64,000 nt of DNA from an uncultured delta proteobacterium (GCA_963727485.1 CAVSGM010000001.1:224001-288000); one strand, 5' to 3'; numbered from the stretch's first letter, positions 43,068-52,328 are shown. Numbers and translations are program-made. Notes: generated from the letters alone by a model not told the origin.

Positions 43068-44030
43068 ATGAACCGCTCTGCGCCGCGGGCCGCCGCGCCC
43101 GCGCTCGCCGCCGTCCTCGCCGTGCCCGTCGTGATCCTCGTCGCGTGTCCGTGCCTGGCGCCGCGCCCCGCCCGCGCCGCCCCCGACGCGCCCACCGAGT
43201 CCCGGGCGCTCCTCTACCCCGAGGCCACCGCCGCCGGCCGGGCGCCGCCGGAGCTCCGGGTCCGGGTCGACGGCACCCCGGTGACCGTCTACCTCCCGGA
43301 CCACGCCCTCGACCCGCGCCCGGCGGTGCACCTGCTCACCATGCCCACCGAGCTCGGCCTGCGGGTCGCCGAGCACACCGCCTACCTGTTCACCACCGCC
43401 AAGGCCCGCGCCGGGGACACCGGGACCCTCACCCTGACCCTCGCCGACGGCCGGCCCCTCACCTTCACCGTGCGCCTGGTCCCCGCCACCGCCTCGGCGG
43501 ACGCCAGCGTCGAGGTGCGCCTCCCCGAGGACCGGCACACCCTCCCGGCCCGGTGCCAGGCGGCGGTCCAGGAGGCAAAGGACGCGCTGGCCGAGTGCCG
43601 GGAGTCGGACCCGAAGCGGGCGGTGGCCCTCATCGCCAGCCTGATGCTCGACGCCCCCGAGCACGGCCGGCTCCTCCAGGAGCGACAGGTCCACTGGCGC
43701 GACAAGGAGCACCGGATCTTCATCCAGGTGGTGGACGCGGTGCGCCTCTTCGGGCGGACCTACCTGCGCCTCGAGGTGGAGAACCGCGACGGCTCGGGGA
43801 AGCCCTGGCGGCCAGGGACGGCGACGGTGTCCCTGGTGGGCCCGGGGCCGCGGCTCCAGAGCCTCCCGGTGGTCCCGGTCTACCAGCTCCAGGAGATTGA
43901 CGCCGGGCAGTCGGCGATGGTGGTGCTCTCCGTGAAGACGCCCCAGGTCGCCGCCGGCGCCCACGTGCGCCTCACCCTGGAGGAGAAGGGCGGGAGCCGG
44001 CACCTGGTGATCCAGGGGCTCGCCCTCTAG
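43068..44030 (+). CDS. DUF2381-like secreted protein (VirB9/TraN-like two beta-domain layout)
   Basis: Signal peptide; PELRVRVDGTPVTVYLP; LTLADGRPLTFTV; ADASVEV; central CQAAVQEAKDALAEC helix; LRLEVEN...KPW; IDAGQSAMVV. Confidence 0.72.
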   Translation: MNRSAPRAAAPALAAVLAVPVVILVACPCLAPRPARAAPDAPTESRALLYPEATAAGRAPPELRVRVDGTPVTVYLPDHALDPRPAVHLLTMPTELGLRVAEHTAYLFTTAKARAGDTGTLTLTLADGRPLTFTVRLVPATASADASVEVRLPEDRHTLPARCQAAVQEAKDALAECRESDPKRAVALIASLMLDAPEHGRLLQERQVHWRDKEHRIFIQVVDAVRLFGRTYLRLEVENRDGSGKPWRPGTATVSLVGPGPRLQSLPVVPVYQLQEIDAGQSAMVVLSVKTPQVAAGAHVRLTLEEKGGSRHLVIQGLAL

Positions 44031-44037
44031 GCCGGGC

Positions 44038-45996
44038 TCACGGCGCCGCCGGCCCGGGGAGGCGCACCGGCACATCGAGGCGGACGGTGACGCCGGTGCC
44101 CGCGGGGAGGGCCAGCACCGGGTGGCCGCCGGCCTCGGTGACCGCGTCGGGGACCAGGAGGCCCGCCCGGCCGTCGGCCCCGAGGGCGGTGCCCTTCAGG
44201 GGGCGGGCGGCGCCGCCGGGGACGACGACGCGGGTGAAGCGGATGGCGAGGCGGTCGCCGGCGGCGCGGGCCTGGCCCCAAAGCCGGGTGCCCCGGGGCA
44301 GGACGACTCGACCGCCGCGGACCACCGAGCGCACCAGACGCACCGAAGTGGGCCGGGCGCCCGTGGAGTCGGTTCCGCCATCGAGGCGGGAGGCGAGCAG
44401 GGTGCCGGCGCGGAGCGTCGCGGGGGCCGGGGCGGAGGCGGGGTGGGGCGCGGCGCCGGGGGCGGGGCCGAGGACCTGGACGGCGGGGGCCGGCGCCGCG
44501 GAAGCGGTGGGGGGCTCGGGGGTCGGCGCCACGCGGGCCCGCTTGGCGCGGGCCCGGGGATGCGCCCGCCGGTGGGTGGCGGCGTGCCGGCGCCGGTGGG
44601 GCGCGGCGGCCGCGGTGGGGCGAGACCGAGGTGGGGTTCGGGCGGCGGGTGTCGCCGGTTGCCTCGCGGGGTGGGGCGCGGTGCTGGGCGCCGCGGGGGC
44701 GGGCGCGGCGACCTTCGGGGTCGGCGTCGAGGTCGCCCTGGTGGGCGCGGGGCCGGTCGTTCCCGGCGTGCGGGAGACGGCCCAGGTGACGCCGGCGGCG
44801 AGGAGGACCGCGGCGCTGAAGACCGCGGGCGTCCGCCACCGGGGCGGGCGGCGGGGGGCCGCGGGCGCCGCCTCGAGGGCCGCGGTCTCCGAGCTCCGGG
44901 GCGAGGCCGGCGCCGATCCCGCTTCGGACGCCGCGCGCTTTCCCTCGGCCCGGGTGTCGCCCGGCTCCGGCGGGGTGGGCACCGAGCGCGGGGGCGGGTC
45001 GCCGGCGCCCGCCGCGTGGGCCCCGCCCGACCCCGGCCGCGGGAGCCTCGCCGTCCCGGGACGGCGGCCGGCGGCCTCCTCGGGGAAGAGTCGGCGCATC
45101 AGGGCCCCGAGGTCGAGGGCCTCCGACGAGTCGGCGTGGGCCAGCACCACGTCCCCGAGGGCGGCGGCCAGGGCCTCGGCGGTGGCGAAGCGCCCGGCGG
45201 GATCCTTGGCCAGGGCCCGGGCCACCAGCGCCTCGAGGTCCGGGGGCACCTCGGCGCGCACCGATTGGAGCGGCGGCGCCTCGAAGCGCTCCACCGCCCG
45301 GAGGATCTCCGCGTCGGACCGCCCGGTGAACAGGGGCTGGCCACTGACGAGCTCCCAGAGCACCACCCCCAGGGCGAAGAGGTCGGTGCGCCCGTCGACG
45401 GCCTCGCCCCGGGCCTGCTCCGGGCTCATGTAGGCGCACTTGCCCTTGATGACCCCGGCGGCGGTGCGGCTGCGGCCGGTGGCGACCTTGGCGATGCCGA
45501 AGTCGGTGAGCTTCACCTCGCCGTCGAAGGACACCAGGACGTTCTGGGGCGACACGTCCCGGTGGACCAGGCCGAGCGGCCGACCGTCGTCGCCCTCGAG
45601 GCCGTGGGCGCAGGCCAGCGCCCGGGCGACCCCCTGGCCCACCAGCGCCGCCTGCACCGGGGTCACCGCCTCGCCGGCGTCGGCGGCGGCGCGCATCACC
45701 CGGCGCAGGTCCTTCCCGCGGATCCACTCCATGACGATGAAGAACGACCCGTCGGCCTCGCCGAAGTCGAAGACCTGGGCGACGTTGGCGTGGGTGAGCT
45801 TCGAGGCCAGGCGCGCCTCGTCGAGGAACATCTCCACCAGCTCCGGGTCGTCGACGAGGTGGGGCAGGATGCGCTTGAGGGCGACCTGCTTCTCGAAGCC
45901 CGCGGCGCCCTCCCGGGTGGCGGCGAAGACCTCCGCCATGCCCCCCGCGGCGAGGCGCCGGCCCAGGCGGTAGGGTCCGAGTCGGGCGGGCTCCAT
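44038..45996 (-). CDS. Ser/Thr protein kinase - TM - Pro-rich linker - VirB10/TrbI/TraM-like C-terminal domain
   Basis: GGMAEVF, VALK, HRDVSPQN, DFG, YMSPEQ, DLFALG; TM VFSAAVLLAAGVTWAV; C-terminus LRAGTLL...LPRGTRLWG...GDRLAIRF...GADGRAGL...LPAGTGVTV. Confidence 0.85.
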   Translation of the reverse strand: MEPARLGPYRLGRRLAAGGMAEVFAATREGAAGFEKQVALKRILPHLVDDPELVEMFLDEARLASKLTHANVAQVFDFGEADGSFFIVMEWIRGKDLRRVMRAAADAGEAVTPVQAALVGQGVARALACAHGLEGDDGRPLGLVHRDVSPQNVLVSFDGEVKLTDFGIAKVATGRSRTAAGVIKGKCAYMSPEQARGEAVDGRTDLFALGVVLWELVSGQPLFTGRSDAEILRAVERFEAPPLQSVRAEVPPDLEALVARALAKDPAGRFATAEALAAALGDVVLAHADSSEALDLGALMRRLFPEEAAGRRPGTARLPRPGSGGAHAAGAGDPPPRSVPTPPEPGDTRAEGKRAASEAGSAPASPRSSETAALEAAPAAPRRPPRWRTPAVFSAAVLLAAGVTWAVSRTPGTTGPAPTRATSTPTPKVAAPAPAAPSTAPHPARQPATPAARTPPRSRPTAAAAPHRRRHAATHRRAHPRARAKRARVAPTPEPPTASAAPAPAVQVLGPAPGAAPHPASAPAPATLRAGTLLASRLDGGTDSTGARPTSVRLVRSVVRGGRVVLPRGTRLWGQARAAGDRLAIRFTRVVVPGGAARPLKGTALGADGRAGLLVPDAVTEAGGHPVLALPAGTGVTVRLDVPVRLPGPAAP

Positions 45997-46143
45997 CAGG
46001 TCCGATCCCTATCTGATTCCGCCCGCGGTCGCGAGCCCCGCGGGGTCCCGGCCGGGCGGGGGCCTGGACCGGGGCCGACCCCAGCCTACCGCGCCCCCCT
46101 GACATGCCACCGCCTCCCACCCCGGTCCCCCCGGACGGGTCGG

Positions 46144-46191
46144 GCGCGATGTCTGGGGGTATCCCACATCTTGTACCACTACATGTGGTGC
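46144..46191. promoter_or_regulatory. Candidate NrdR-box-like palindromes (three)
   Basis: ccaCtAcATgTgGtgc (46176-46191), atcCcAcATcTtGtac (46161-46176) and weaker gcgCgAtgTcTgGggg (46144-46159), compared with the NrdR consensus acaCwAtATaTwGtgt. Confidence 0.45.
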
Positions 46192-46268
46192 CGAACGCCC
46201 CTGGCGACCCCCAGGGCTCGGGTCCCCCCCGCCCACCGCCGCAAGCTCTCGAAAACCCTTGAAAAAAC

Positions 46269-46333
46269 TTGACCTCCTCGCCCCCGATCGGCACGATTGG
46301 CCCACGTGGTGGGAAGAAGTGGTACGAAGTACC
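46269..46333 (+). promoter_or_regulatory. dcw (Pmra) promoter TTGACC-N17-CACGAT with downstream MraZ boxes
   Basis: -35 at 46269-46274, -10 at 46292-46297, upstream A-tract; GTGGG (46309), GTGGT (46319) and GTACC (46329) at 10-bp period. Confidence 0.65.
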
Positions 46334-46350
46334 ACGACGAGGGCACGCAG

Positions 46351-46788
46351 ATGTTTCGGGGTCAGTACGAGCACACCATCGACGCCAAGGGGCGCGTCAG
46401 CCTGCCGGCCAAGTTCCGGGAGATCGTCGCCGCCCGTGGTTCCGACCGGCTCGTGGTCACCGCCGACGTCGAGCCCTGCCTGCTCGCCTTCGCCCTCGAC
46501 GAGTGGCAGGCCTTCGAGCAGAAGCTCGCCGCCCTGCCCTCCATGGACCGCCGGGTGCGGATGGTGAAGCGCACCCTGGTCGGCCAGGCCCACGAGCTCA
46601 CCGTCGACGGCAACGGCCGGATCCTCCTGCCGCCACCGCTCCGGGAGCACGCCGGTCTCGGCCGCGAGGTGGTGTTCACCGGCCAGATCGACCGCATCGA
46701 GATCTGGAGCCGCGAGGGCTGGGGCCGCGCCCGCGAGGACGTCGACGTGGGCGCCCTCACCGACGCCCTCGAAGGGCTGGGGATCTGA
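46351..46788 (+). CDS. mraZ: Transcriptional regulator MraZ
   Basis: MFRGQYEHTIDAKGRVSLP, DGNGRILLP, IEIW. Confidence 0.97.
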   Translation: MFRGQYEHTIDAKGRVSLPAKFREIVAARGSDRLVVTADVEPCLLAFALDEWQAFEQKLAALPSMDRRVRMVKRTLVGQAHELTVDGNGRILLPPPLREHAGLGREVVFTGQIDRIEIWSREGWGRAREDVDVGALTDALEGLGI

Positions 46789-46811
46789 CGATGCACGGGA
46801 GGGGACCGGTC

Positions 46812-47213
46812 ATGCCGCACATCGCGCACCTGGGGGACGTGGTGGTCGTACGCCCGGAGGGCGACATCAACCACCGGGAGATGGCGGCGGTGAAGAACGC
46901 CATCACCGACCTGATGCGCGAGCGCGAGAGCCGGGTGGTCCTCGACCTCGGCGAGGTCGACCACGTCAACTACATGACCGTGGGGGTCCTGGTGGAGCGC
47001 GCGGGTCGCCTGCGCCGCACCGGGGGCGACCTGCGCCTGGCCGGCCTCTCCGGCTACCTCCAGGACATCTTTCGTTTCAGCGGAGTGCACCACCTCTTCG
47101 CCGCCTACGACACCGTGGTGGAGGCCGTCGCCTCCTTCGCGGGCGAGGCGGCGGGTGTCTCCGCCACCGTTTCTGCCGGCACGAGTGGAAGCTGGGTCCC
47201 GCGGATGCACTGA
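46812..47213 (+). CDS. STAS-domain (anti-anti-sigma-like) protein within dcw cluster
   Basis: VVVRPEGDI, VVLDLGEVDHVNYMTVGVLV, GGDLRLAGL; GGGAGGGG SD. Confidence 0.85.
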   Translation: MPHIAHLGDVVVVRPEGDINHREMAAVKNAITDLMRERESRVVLDLGEVDHVNYMTVGVLVERAGRLRRTGGDLRLAGLSGYLQDIFRFSGVHHLFAAYDTVVEAVASFAGEAAGVSATVSAGTSGSWVPRMH

Positions 47214-47223
47214 ACTCCGGCGT

Positions 47224-47255
47224 GGGCGCCCGAGCCTGGACCAGCTCGGGCGCCC
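47224..47255. repeat. Perfect 12-bp inverted repeat (hairpin) between STAS gene and rsmH
   Basis: GGGCGCCCGAGC-N8-GCTCGGGCGCCC. Confidence 0.75.
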
Positions 47256-47296
47256 GGATTGTTTCCCACATGGACGCCCTGCTTCGAGCCGCCGCG

Positions 47297-48253
47297 ATGG
47301 CGCCGCTGGACCCTTCCACCTTCCGTCATGCCACTGTCCTCCGGGAGGAGGCCGTGGACCTCCTCGCCCCGGTGCTGCACCCGGGCGTGTGGGCCGTGGA
47401 CTGCACCACCGGCGGCGGCGGGCACACCGAGGGGCTGCTGGCCACCGGCTGCGAGGTCCTGGCCCTCGACCGGGATCCCAAAGCGCTGGACGCCGCCCGC
47501 CGGCGCTTCGGCGACGAGCCGAGGCTCCACCTGGTCCACGCCGACTTCCGCGCGCTCGCCGAGGTGGTCCACCGCGAGGCCGGGGGTGAGGTGAAGGGCG
47601 TCCTCGCCGACCTCGGCATCTCCTCGCCCCAGGTCGACGACCCGGCCCGGGGCTTCAGCCTCCGGGGCGACGGGCCCCTGGACATGCGCATGGACCCGAC
47701 CCGGGGCGCCCCCCTGGCCGAGCGGCTGGCCCAGACCGACGAGGCCGAGCTCACCCGTGTCCTCCGGGACCTCGGCGAGGAGCGCCGCGCCCGGCAGGTC
47801 GCCCGGGCCATCCTCCGGGCCCGGGACGCCGACCAGCTCGAGGGCACCGCGGCCCTGGCCGAGGTCGTCGCCCGGGCCGTGGGCCGGAGCGAGGGCCGGA
47901 TCCACCCGGCCACCCGCAGCTTCCAGGCCCTGCGCATCTGGGTGAACGACGAGCTCGGCGCCCTCGACACCCTCCTCGCCGCCCTCCCCGAGGTGCTCTC
48001 CCCCGGGGGCCGCGCGGCGATCATCAGCTTCCACTCCCTCGAGGACCGGCGGGTGAAGCAGGCCTTCCGGGCGCTTTCCACCGGGTGCGTGTGCCCCCCG
48101 GACCTCCCGATCTGCGCCTGCGGCCGGGTCGCCGAGTGGGACGTGCTCACCCGCCGGGCCATCCAGTCGTCGCCGGCCGAGGTCGAGGCCAACCCCCGGG
48201 CCCGGAGCGCGCGCCTGCGGGCGGTGGCGCGAAAGGAGGCGGGCCATGCCTGA
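47297..48253 (+). CDS. rsmH: 16S rRNA m4C1402 methyltransferase
   Basis: HATVL, DCTTGGGGH, DLGISSPQ, GPLDMRMD, FQALRIWVN, SFHSLEDR, NPRARSA. Start is 47270 or 47297. Confidence 0.95.
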   Translation: MAPLDPSTFRHATVLREEAVDLLAPVLHPGVWAVDCTTGGGGHTEGLLATGCEVLALDRDPKALDAARRRFGDEPRLHLVHADFRALAEVVHREAGGEVKGVLADLGISSPQVDDPARGFSLRGDGPLDMRMDPTRGAPLAERLAQTDEAELTRVLRDLGEERRARQVARAILRARDADQLEGTAALAEVVARAVGRSEGRIHPATRSFQALRIWVNDELGALDTLLAALPEVLSPGGRAAIISFHSLEDRRVKQAFRALSTGCVCPPDLPICACGRVAEWDVLTRRAIQSSPAEVEANPRARSARLRAVARKEAGHA

Positions 48254-48638
48254 CACCCCGCCGCCGCGCCAGCGGGGCCGGATCGCCGTGGTCCTCCTCG
48301 CCTTCACCTGCCTCGCCGGGGCCGGCCTGTTCCACACCTGGCTGCGGATCCAGGGCCTGAACATGGGCTACCGGCTCTCGGCGGTGACCCACGCCCACAA
48401 GAAGCTCCTCCGGGAGAACGAGGAGCTCAGGCTCGAGGTGGCGACCCTCAAGGCCCCCTCGCGGATCGAGCACCTCGCCCGCACCCGCCTCCACATGGTC
48501 ACCCCCCGCCAGGGCCAGGTGGTCGTGGTCCGGGAGCCGCCCCTGCAACGGGCTCCGACCGCCACCGCCCGGGCCCGGCCCGCCAAGGATGGGCGGGGCG
48601 TCCTCGCTTCCATCGTCGAGGACCTCCATGGCCACTAG
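48246..48638 (+). CDS. ftsL: Cell division protein FtsL
   Basis: Single TM, coiled coil, LKAPSRIEHLARTRLHM; position between rsmH and ftsI. Confidence 0.85.
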   Translation: MPDTPPPRQRGRIAVVLLAFTCLAGAGLFHTWLRIQGLNMGYRLSAVTHAHKKLLRENEELRLEVATLKAPSRIEHLARTRLHMVTPRQGQVVVVREPPLQRAPTATARARPAKDGRGVLASIVEDLHGH

Positions 48639-50682
48639 GCGCCCGGCGACGCCGACCCCCGGGCGCAACCGGGCCCTGCCGGCCACCGGCCGCGGGGAGA
48701 CGGCCCTCGACCGCCAGGCCCGCAAGTGGGTCCGGCTGCGCATCGGGGTGCTGGCCGTGGCCTTCGCCGCGGCGTTCCTCACCCTCGCCGGCCGGGCGGT
48801 GGACCTCCAGCTGGTCCAGAAGGCCCGGTTCCAGGAGATGGTCGCCGACCAGACCCTCCGGGAGATGGTCCTCACCCCGCGCCGGGGCCGGATCCTCGAT
48901 CGCCACGGGGACCCCCTGGCGGTGTCCGTGGACGTGCCCTCGGTGCGCGCCGACCCCAGCCGGATCCAGGACCTCCAGAGGACCGTCCACGCCCTGGCGA
49001 AGGTCCTCCACCTCGATCCCGGGGCGCTGCGCGACCGCCTGGAGCACGGCCGGTACTTCGCCTGGGTCAAGCGCCGGGTGAGCCCCGAGGAGGCGCAGGC
49101 GGTCAAGGCGCTGAAGCTCCCGGGCATCGGGCTGACCCGCGAGTCCCAGCGCTTCTACCCCCACCGGGAGCTCGCCGCCCAGCTCCTGGGCTTCGCGGGC
49201 ATCGACGGCCACGGCCTCGCCGGCCTCGAGCTCGAGCTCGATCACGCCCTGCGCGGCACCCCACGGTCGGCGAGCGTCCTGCGCGACGCCCACGGCAACC
49301 GCCTCCTCTCCGCCGGGATCCCCGACCCCGAGGCCCTCGACGGCGGCCAGGTCACCCTCACCCTCGACCGCACCCTCCAGTACCTCACCGAGAAGGCCCT
49401 GGGCGAGGCCTACCGGAAGGCCAAGGCCAAGGACGCCATGGCGGTGGTCCTCGACCCCCGGACCGGCGCCATCCTCGCCGCCGCGACCCGGCCCACCTTC
49501 AACCCCAACGACCCCGGCGACTCGGACGACCAGGAGCGCCGGGACCGGATCGTCACCGACATCTACGAGCCCGGGTCGGTGTTCAAGGTCTTCAGCCTCT
49601 CGGCGGCCATGCAGCTGGGCCTGGTGACCCCGGACACGGTCTTCGACTGCGACGAGGGCTCCACGGTCATCGGCGGCCGCGTCATCCACGACTCCCACGA
49701 GCACGGGAAGCTCACCGTCACCCGGATCCTCAAGGTCTCGAGCAACATCGGCGCCTCGAAGGTCGCCGCGCTCACCGGCAAGCAGCGCCTGGTGGACTTC
49801 TACCACCGCTTCGGTTTCGGGGAGCGCACCGGGGTGAAGCTCCCCGGCGAGCAGCCCGGCATCGTCCGCCCGGCCTCGTCCCTCTCCGACGTGGGCCTGG
49901 CGACCATCTCCTTCGGCCAGGGGGTCTCGGCGACGCCGCTGCAGGTGGCCACCGCCCTGGCCGCCGTGGCCAACGGCGGGACGCTGATGCGCCCCTACCT
50001 GGTCAGCCAGGTCCGGGACGACGACGGGAAGGTGGTCTCGAAGCGGGGCCCGGAGGCGGTGCGGCAGGTGATCTCCCGGCACACCGCCCGGGAGATGACG
50101 CAGATGATGGAGACGGTGGTCGAGCCCGGGGGCACCGCGCCGCTGGCCGCCGTCCCCGGCTACGTGGTCGCCGGCAAGACCGGGACCAGCCAGAAGGTCG
50201 ACCCGGTCACCCACGGCTACTCCCTGGAGAAGCGGGTGGGATCCTTCGGGGGCTTTCTCCCCGCGGACGATCCCCGATTGGTGATCCTGGTGGTGATCGA
50301 CGAGCCTTCGGGGGTGAAGTACGGCGGCATCGTCGCAGCCCCTGCGTTCCGGGAGATCGCCGAGAACGCCATGCGTTACCTGGGCATCCCCCCGTCCCGG
50401 CCCGTGGACGACGCCTCGGCCCCCGTGGCCCGGGCGGCGCCTCCCCCGGACGACGGCAGCGACGTGGCGCTGCCCCCGGACCTCACCCCGCCCCCGGCGG
50501 GGAAGACCCTGGTCCCCGACCTCTCGGGCCTCGACCTGCGCCGGGCGGTGGGGCTCCTCGCCTCGCGCCACCTCGAGGCCCGGGTCGACGGCTCGGGCCT
50601 CGTCGCCAAGCAGACCCCCGCCGCCGGCGCCATCGTGAGCCCCGGCCAGTCCGTCGCCCTCACCCTCTCGCCCACCGGTTGA
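48628..50682 (+). CDS. ftsI: Septal transpeptidase PBP3 with PASTA domain
   Basis: RRGRILDRHG, YEPGSVFK (SxxK), SSN, KTGT; C-terminal PASTA. Confidence 0.94.
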   Translation: MATRRPATPTPGRNRALPATGRGETALDRQARKWVRLRIGVLAVAFAAAFLTLAGRAVDLQLVQKARFQEMVADQTLREMVLTPRRGRILDRHGDPLAVSVDVPSVRADPSRIQDLQRTVHALAKVLHLDPGALRDRLEHGRYFAWVKRRVSPEEAQAVKALKLPGIGLTRESQRFYPHRELAAQLLGFAGIDGHGLAGLELELDHALRGTPRSASVLRDAHGNRLLSAGIPDPEALDGGQVTLTLDRTLQYLTEKALGEAYRKAKAKDAMAVVLDPRTGAILAAATRPTFNPNDPGDSDDQERRDRIVTDIYEPGSVFKVFSLSAAMQLGLVTPDTVFDCDEGSTVIGGRVIHDSHEHGKLTVTRILKVSSNIGASKVAALTGKQRLVDFYHRFGFGERTGVKLPGEQPGIVRPASSLSDVGLATISFGQGVSATPLQVATALAAVANGGTLMRPYLVSQVRDDDGKVVSKRGPEAVRQVISRHTAREMTQMMETVVEPGGTAPLAAVPGYVVAGKTGTSQKVDPVTHGYSLEKRVGSFGGFLPADDPRLVILVVIDEPSGVKYGGIVAAPAFREIAENAMRYLGIPPSRPVDDASAPVARAAPPPDDGSDVALPPDLTPPPAGKTLVPDLSGLDLRRAVGLLASRHLEARVDGSGLVAKQTPAAGAIVSPGQSVALTLSPTG

Positions 50683-50684
50683 CC

Positions 50685-52244
50685 ATGCGCCTCGACCAGG
50701 TCCTCCACGGCGTCGACGCCGAAGCCCTCGCCGGCCCTCCACCGGACACGGTGGAGGTGCGCGCGGTGGCCAGCGACTCGAGGCAGGCGGGCCCCGGGGT
50801 CCTCTTCGTCGCCGTCCCCGGGACCACCGGCGACGGCCACGCCTACGCCCCCGCGGCGGTGCGCGCCGGGAGCCCGGCGGTGATCGTGGAGCGGCAGGTC
50901 GACGGCCTCGCCCCGGCCACCGTCCTCCGGGTCCCGAGCAGCCGGGTGGCCCTGGGCCAAGCCGCGGCCAACCTCCACCACCGCCCGGGCGAGCGCCTGC
51001 CCCTGGTGGGGGTCACCGGGACCAACGGCAAGACCACGGTGACCTGGCTCCTCGAGGCCATCGCCGCCGCCGCGGGCAGGCGGCCCGGGGTCCTCGGCAC
51101 CACCGGCCACCGCTTCGCCGGCACCACCCGCGCGGCGACCCACACCACCCCCGGCCCCGAGGCCCTCCAGGCCCTCCTCGCCGAGATGCTCGACGCCGGC
51201 GTCGACCTGGGGGTGATGGAGGTCAGCAGCCACGCCCTCGATCAGGCCCGGGTCGAGGGGTGCGCCTTCCGGGTGGCGGCGTTCACCAACCTCACCCGGG
51301 ATCACCTCGACTACCACCCGAGCCTCGAGGCCTACTTCGAGGCCAAGGCGCGCCTCTTCGGCCCCTACCTGGCCGACGGCGGCGCCGCGGTGGTCAGCGC
51401 CGACGACCCGGCGGGGGTGCGCCTCCTCGACCGCCTCGCCGGCCGCCCGGTGCGCCGGATCGCCACCTCGGTGGCCCCGGCCCGCACCGAGCTCGCCGTG
51501 ACCCCCGGCCCCGCCGGCGACGTCGAGTGGGTGCGCGCCGAGTCGGCGCAGGTGGGCCTCGAGGGGATCCGGGCCCAGGTCGCCCTCCCCTCCGGCCGGG
51601 TCCTGGCGCTGACCTCGCCGTTGACCGGGGTCCACAACCTCCAGAACCTCCTCACCGCCGTGGGCCTCGCGGTGGCCCTCGGGCTCCCGGACGACGCCAT
51701 CGCCAGGGGCCTGGCCACCTGCCCCGGGGCCCCCGGGCGCCTTGAGCGGGTCGCCGACAAGGCGTCGCCCCCGCGCCACGTCTTCGTGGACTACGCCCAC
51801 ACCGACGACGCCCTCGCCCGGGTCATCGGGGCCCTCCGGGAGCTCTCGCCCGCCGGCACCCGCCTGGTGGTGGTCTTCGGCTGCGGCGGCGACCGGGACC
51901 CGGGCAAGCGCCCGCTCATGGGGAAGGCCGCCTGCGGGGGCGACACGGTGGTGGTCACCTCGGACAACCCCCGGTCCGAGGATCCCAGGGCCATCATCGA
52001 CGACATCCTCCCGGGGATGGACCCGAACACCCCCCGGGCCGTGGAGCCCGACCGGCGGCGCGCCATCGAGCTGGCGGTGGGCCTCGCCCGCCCCGGCGAC
52101 GTGGTGCTGGTGGCCGGCAAGGGGCACGAGACCACGCAGACCGCGGGCGGTGTCGCCCGCCCCTTCGACGACCGGGTGGTGTGCGCAGGCGCCCTCGCCG
52201 CCGTGGCACCCGGGACACGAGAGGTCGAGAAACCCCAGCCCTGA
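50685..52244 (+). CDS. murE: UDP-MurNAc-tripeptide synthetase (meso-DAP type)
   Basis: TGTNGKTT, HTTP, EVSSH, DHLDYH, DYAHT, DNPR, GKGHE. Confidence 0.96.
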   Translation: MRLDQVLHGVDAEALAGPPPDTVEVRAVASDSRQAGPGVLFVAVPGTTGDGHAYAPAAVRAGSPAVIVERQVDGLAPATVLRVPSSRVALGQAAANLHHRPGERLPLVGVTGTNGKTTVTWLLEAIAAAAGRRPGVLGTTGHRFAGTTRAATHTTPGPEALQALLAEMLDAGVDLGVMEVSSHALDQARVEGCAFRVAAFTNLTRDHLDYHPSLEAYFEAKARLFGPYLADGGAAVVSADDPAGVRLLDRLAGRPVRRIATSVAPARTELAVTPGPAGDVEWVRAESAQVGLEGIRAQVALPSGRVLALTSPLTGVHNLQNLLTAVGLAVALGLPDDAIARGLATCPGAPGRLERVADKASPPRHVFVDYAHTDDALARVIGALRELSPAGTRLVVVFGCGGDRDPGKRPLMGKAACGGDTVVVTSDNPRSEDPRAIIDDILPGMDPNTPRAVEPDRRRAIELAVGLARPGDVVLVAGKGHETTQTAGGVARPFDDRVVCAGALAAVAPGTREVEKPQP

Positions 52245-52328
52245 CGCCCGGGTCCGCCCTGGCGCAGAGGCTGCAAACCATAGGATGACCGCACCCGCCG
52301 GGTGCAACAGGTCGCGACAGAGACGTAC

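Noticed and set aside
43068..45996. Conjugative element or ICE
   Set aside because: No VirB4, coupling protein, relaxase, integrase or att sites in the window; composition matches the host.
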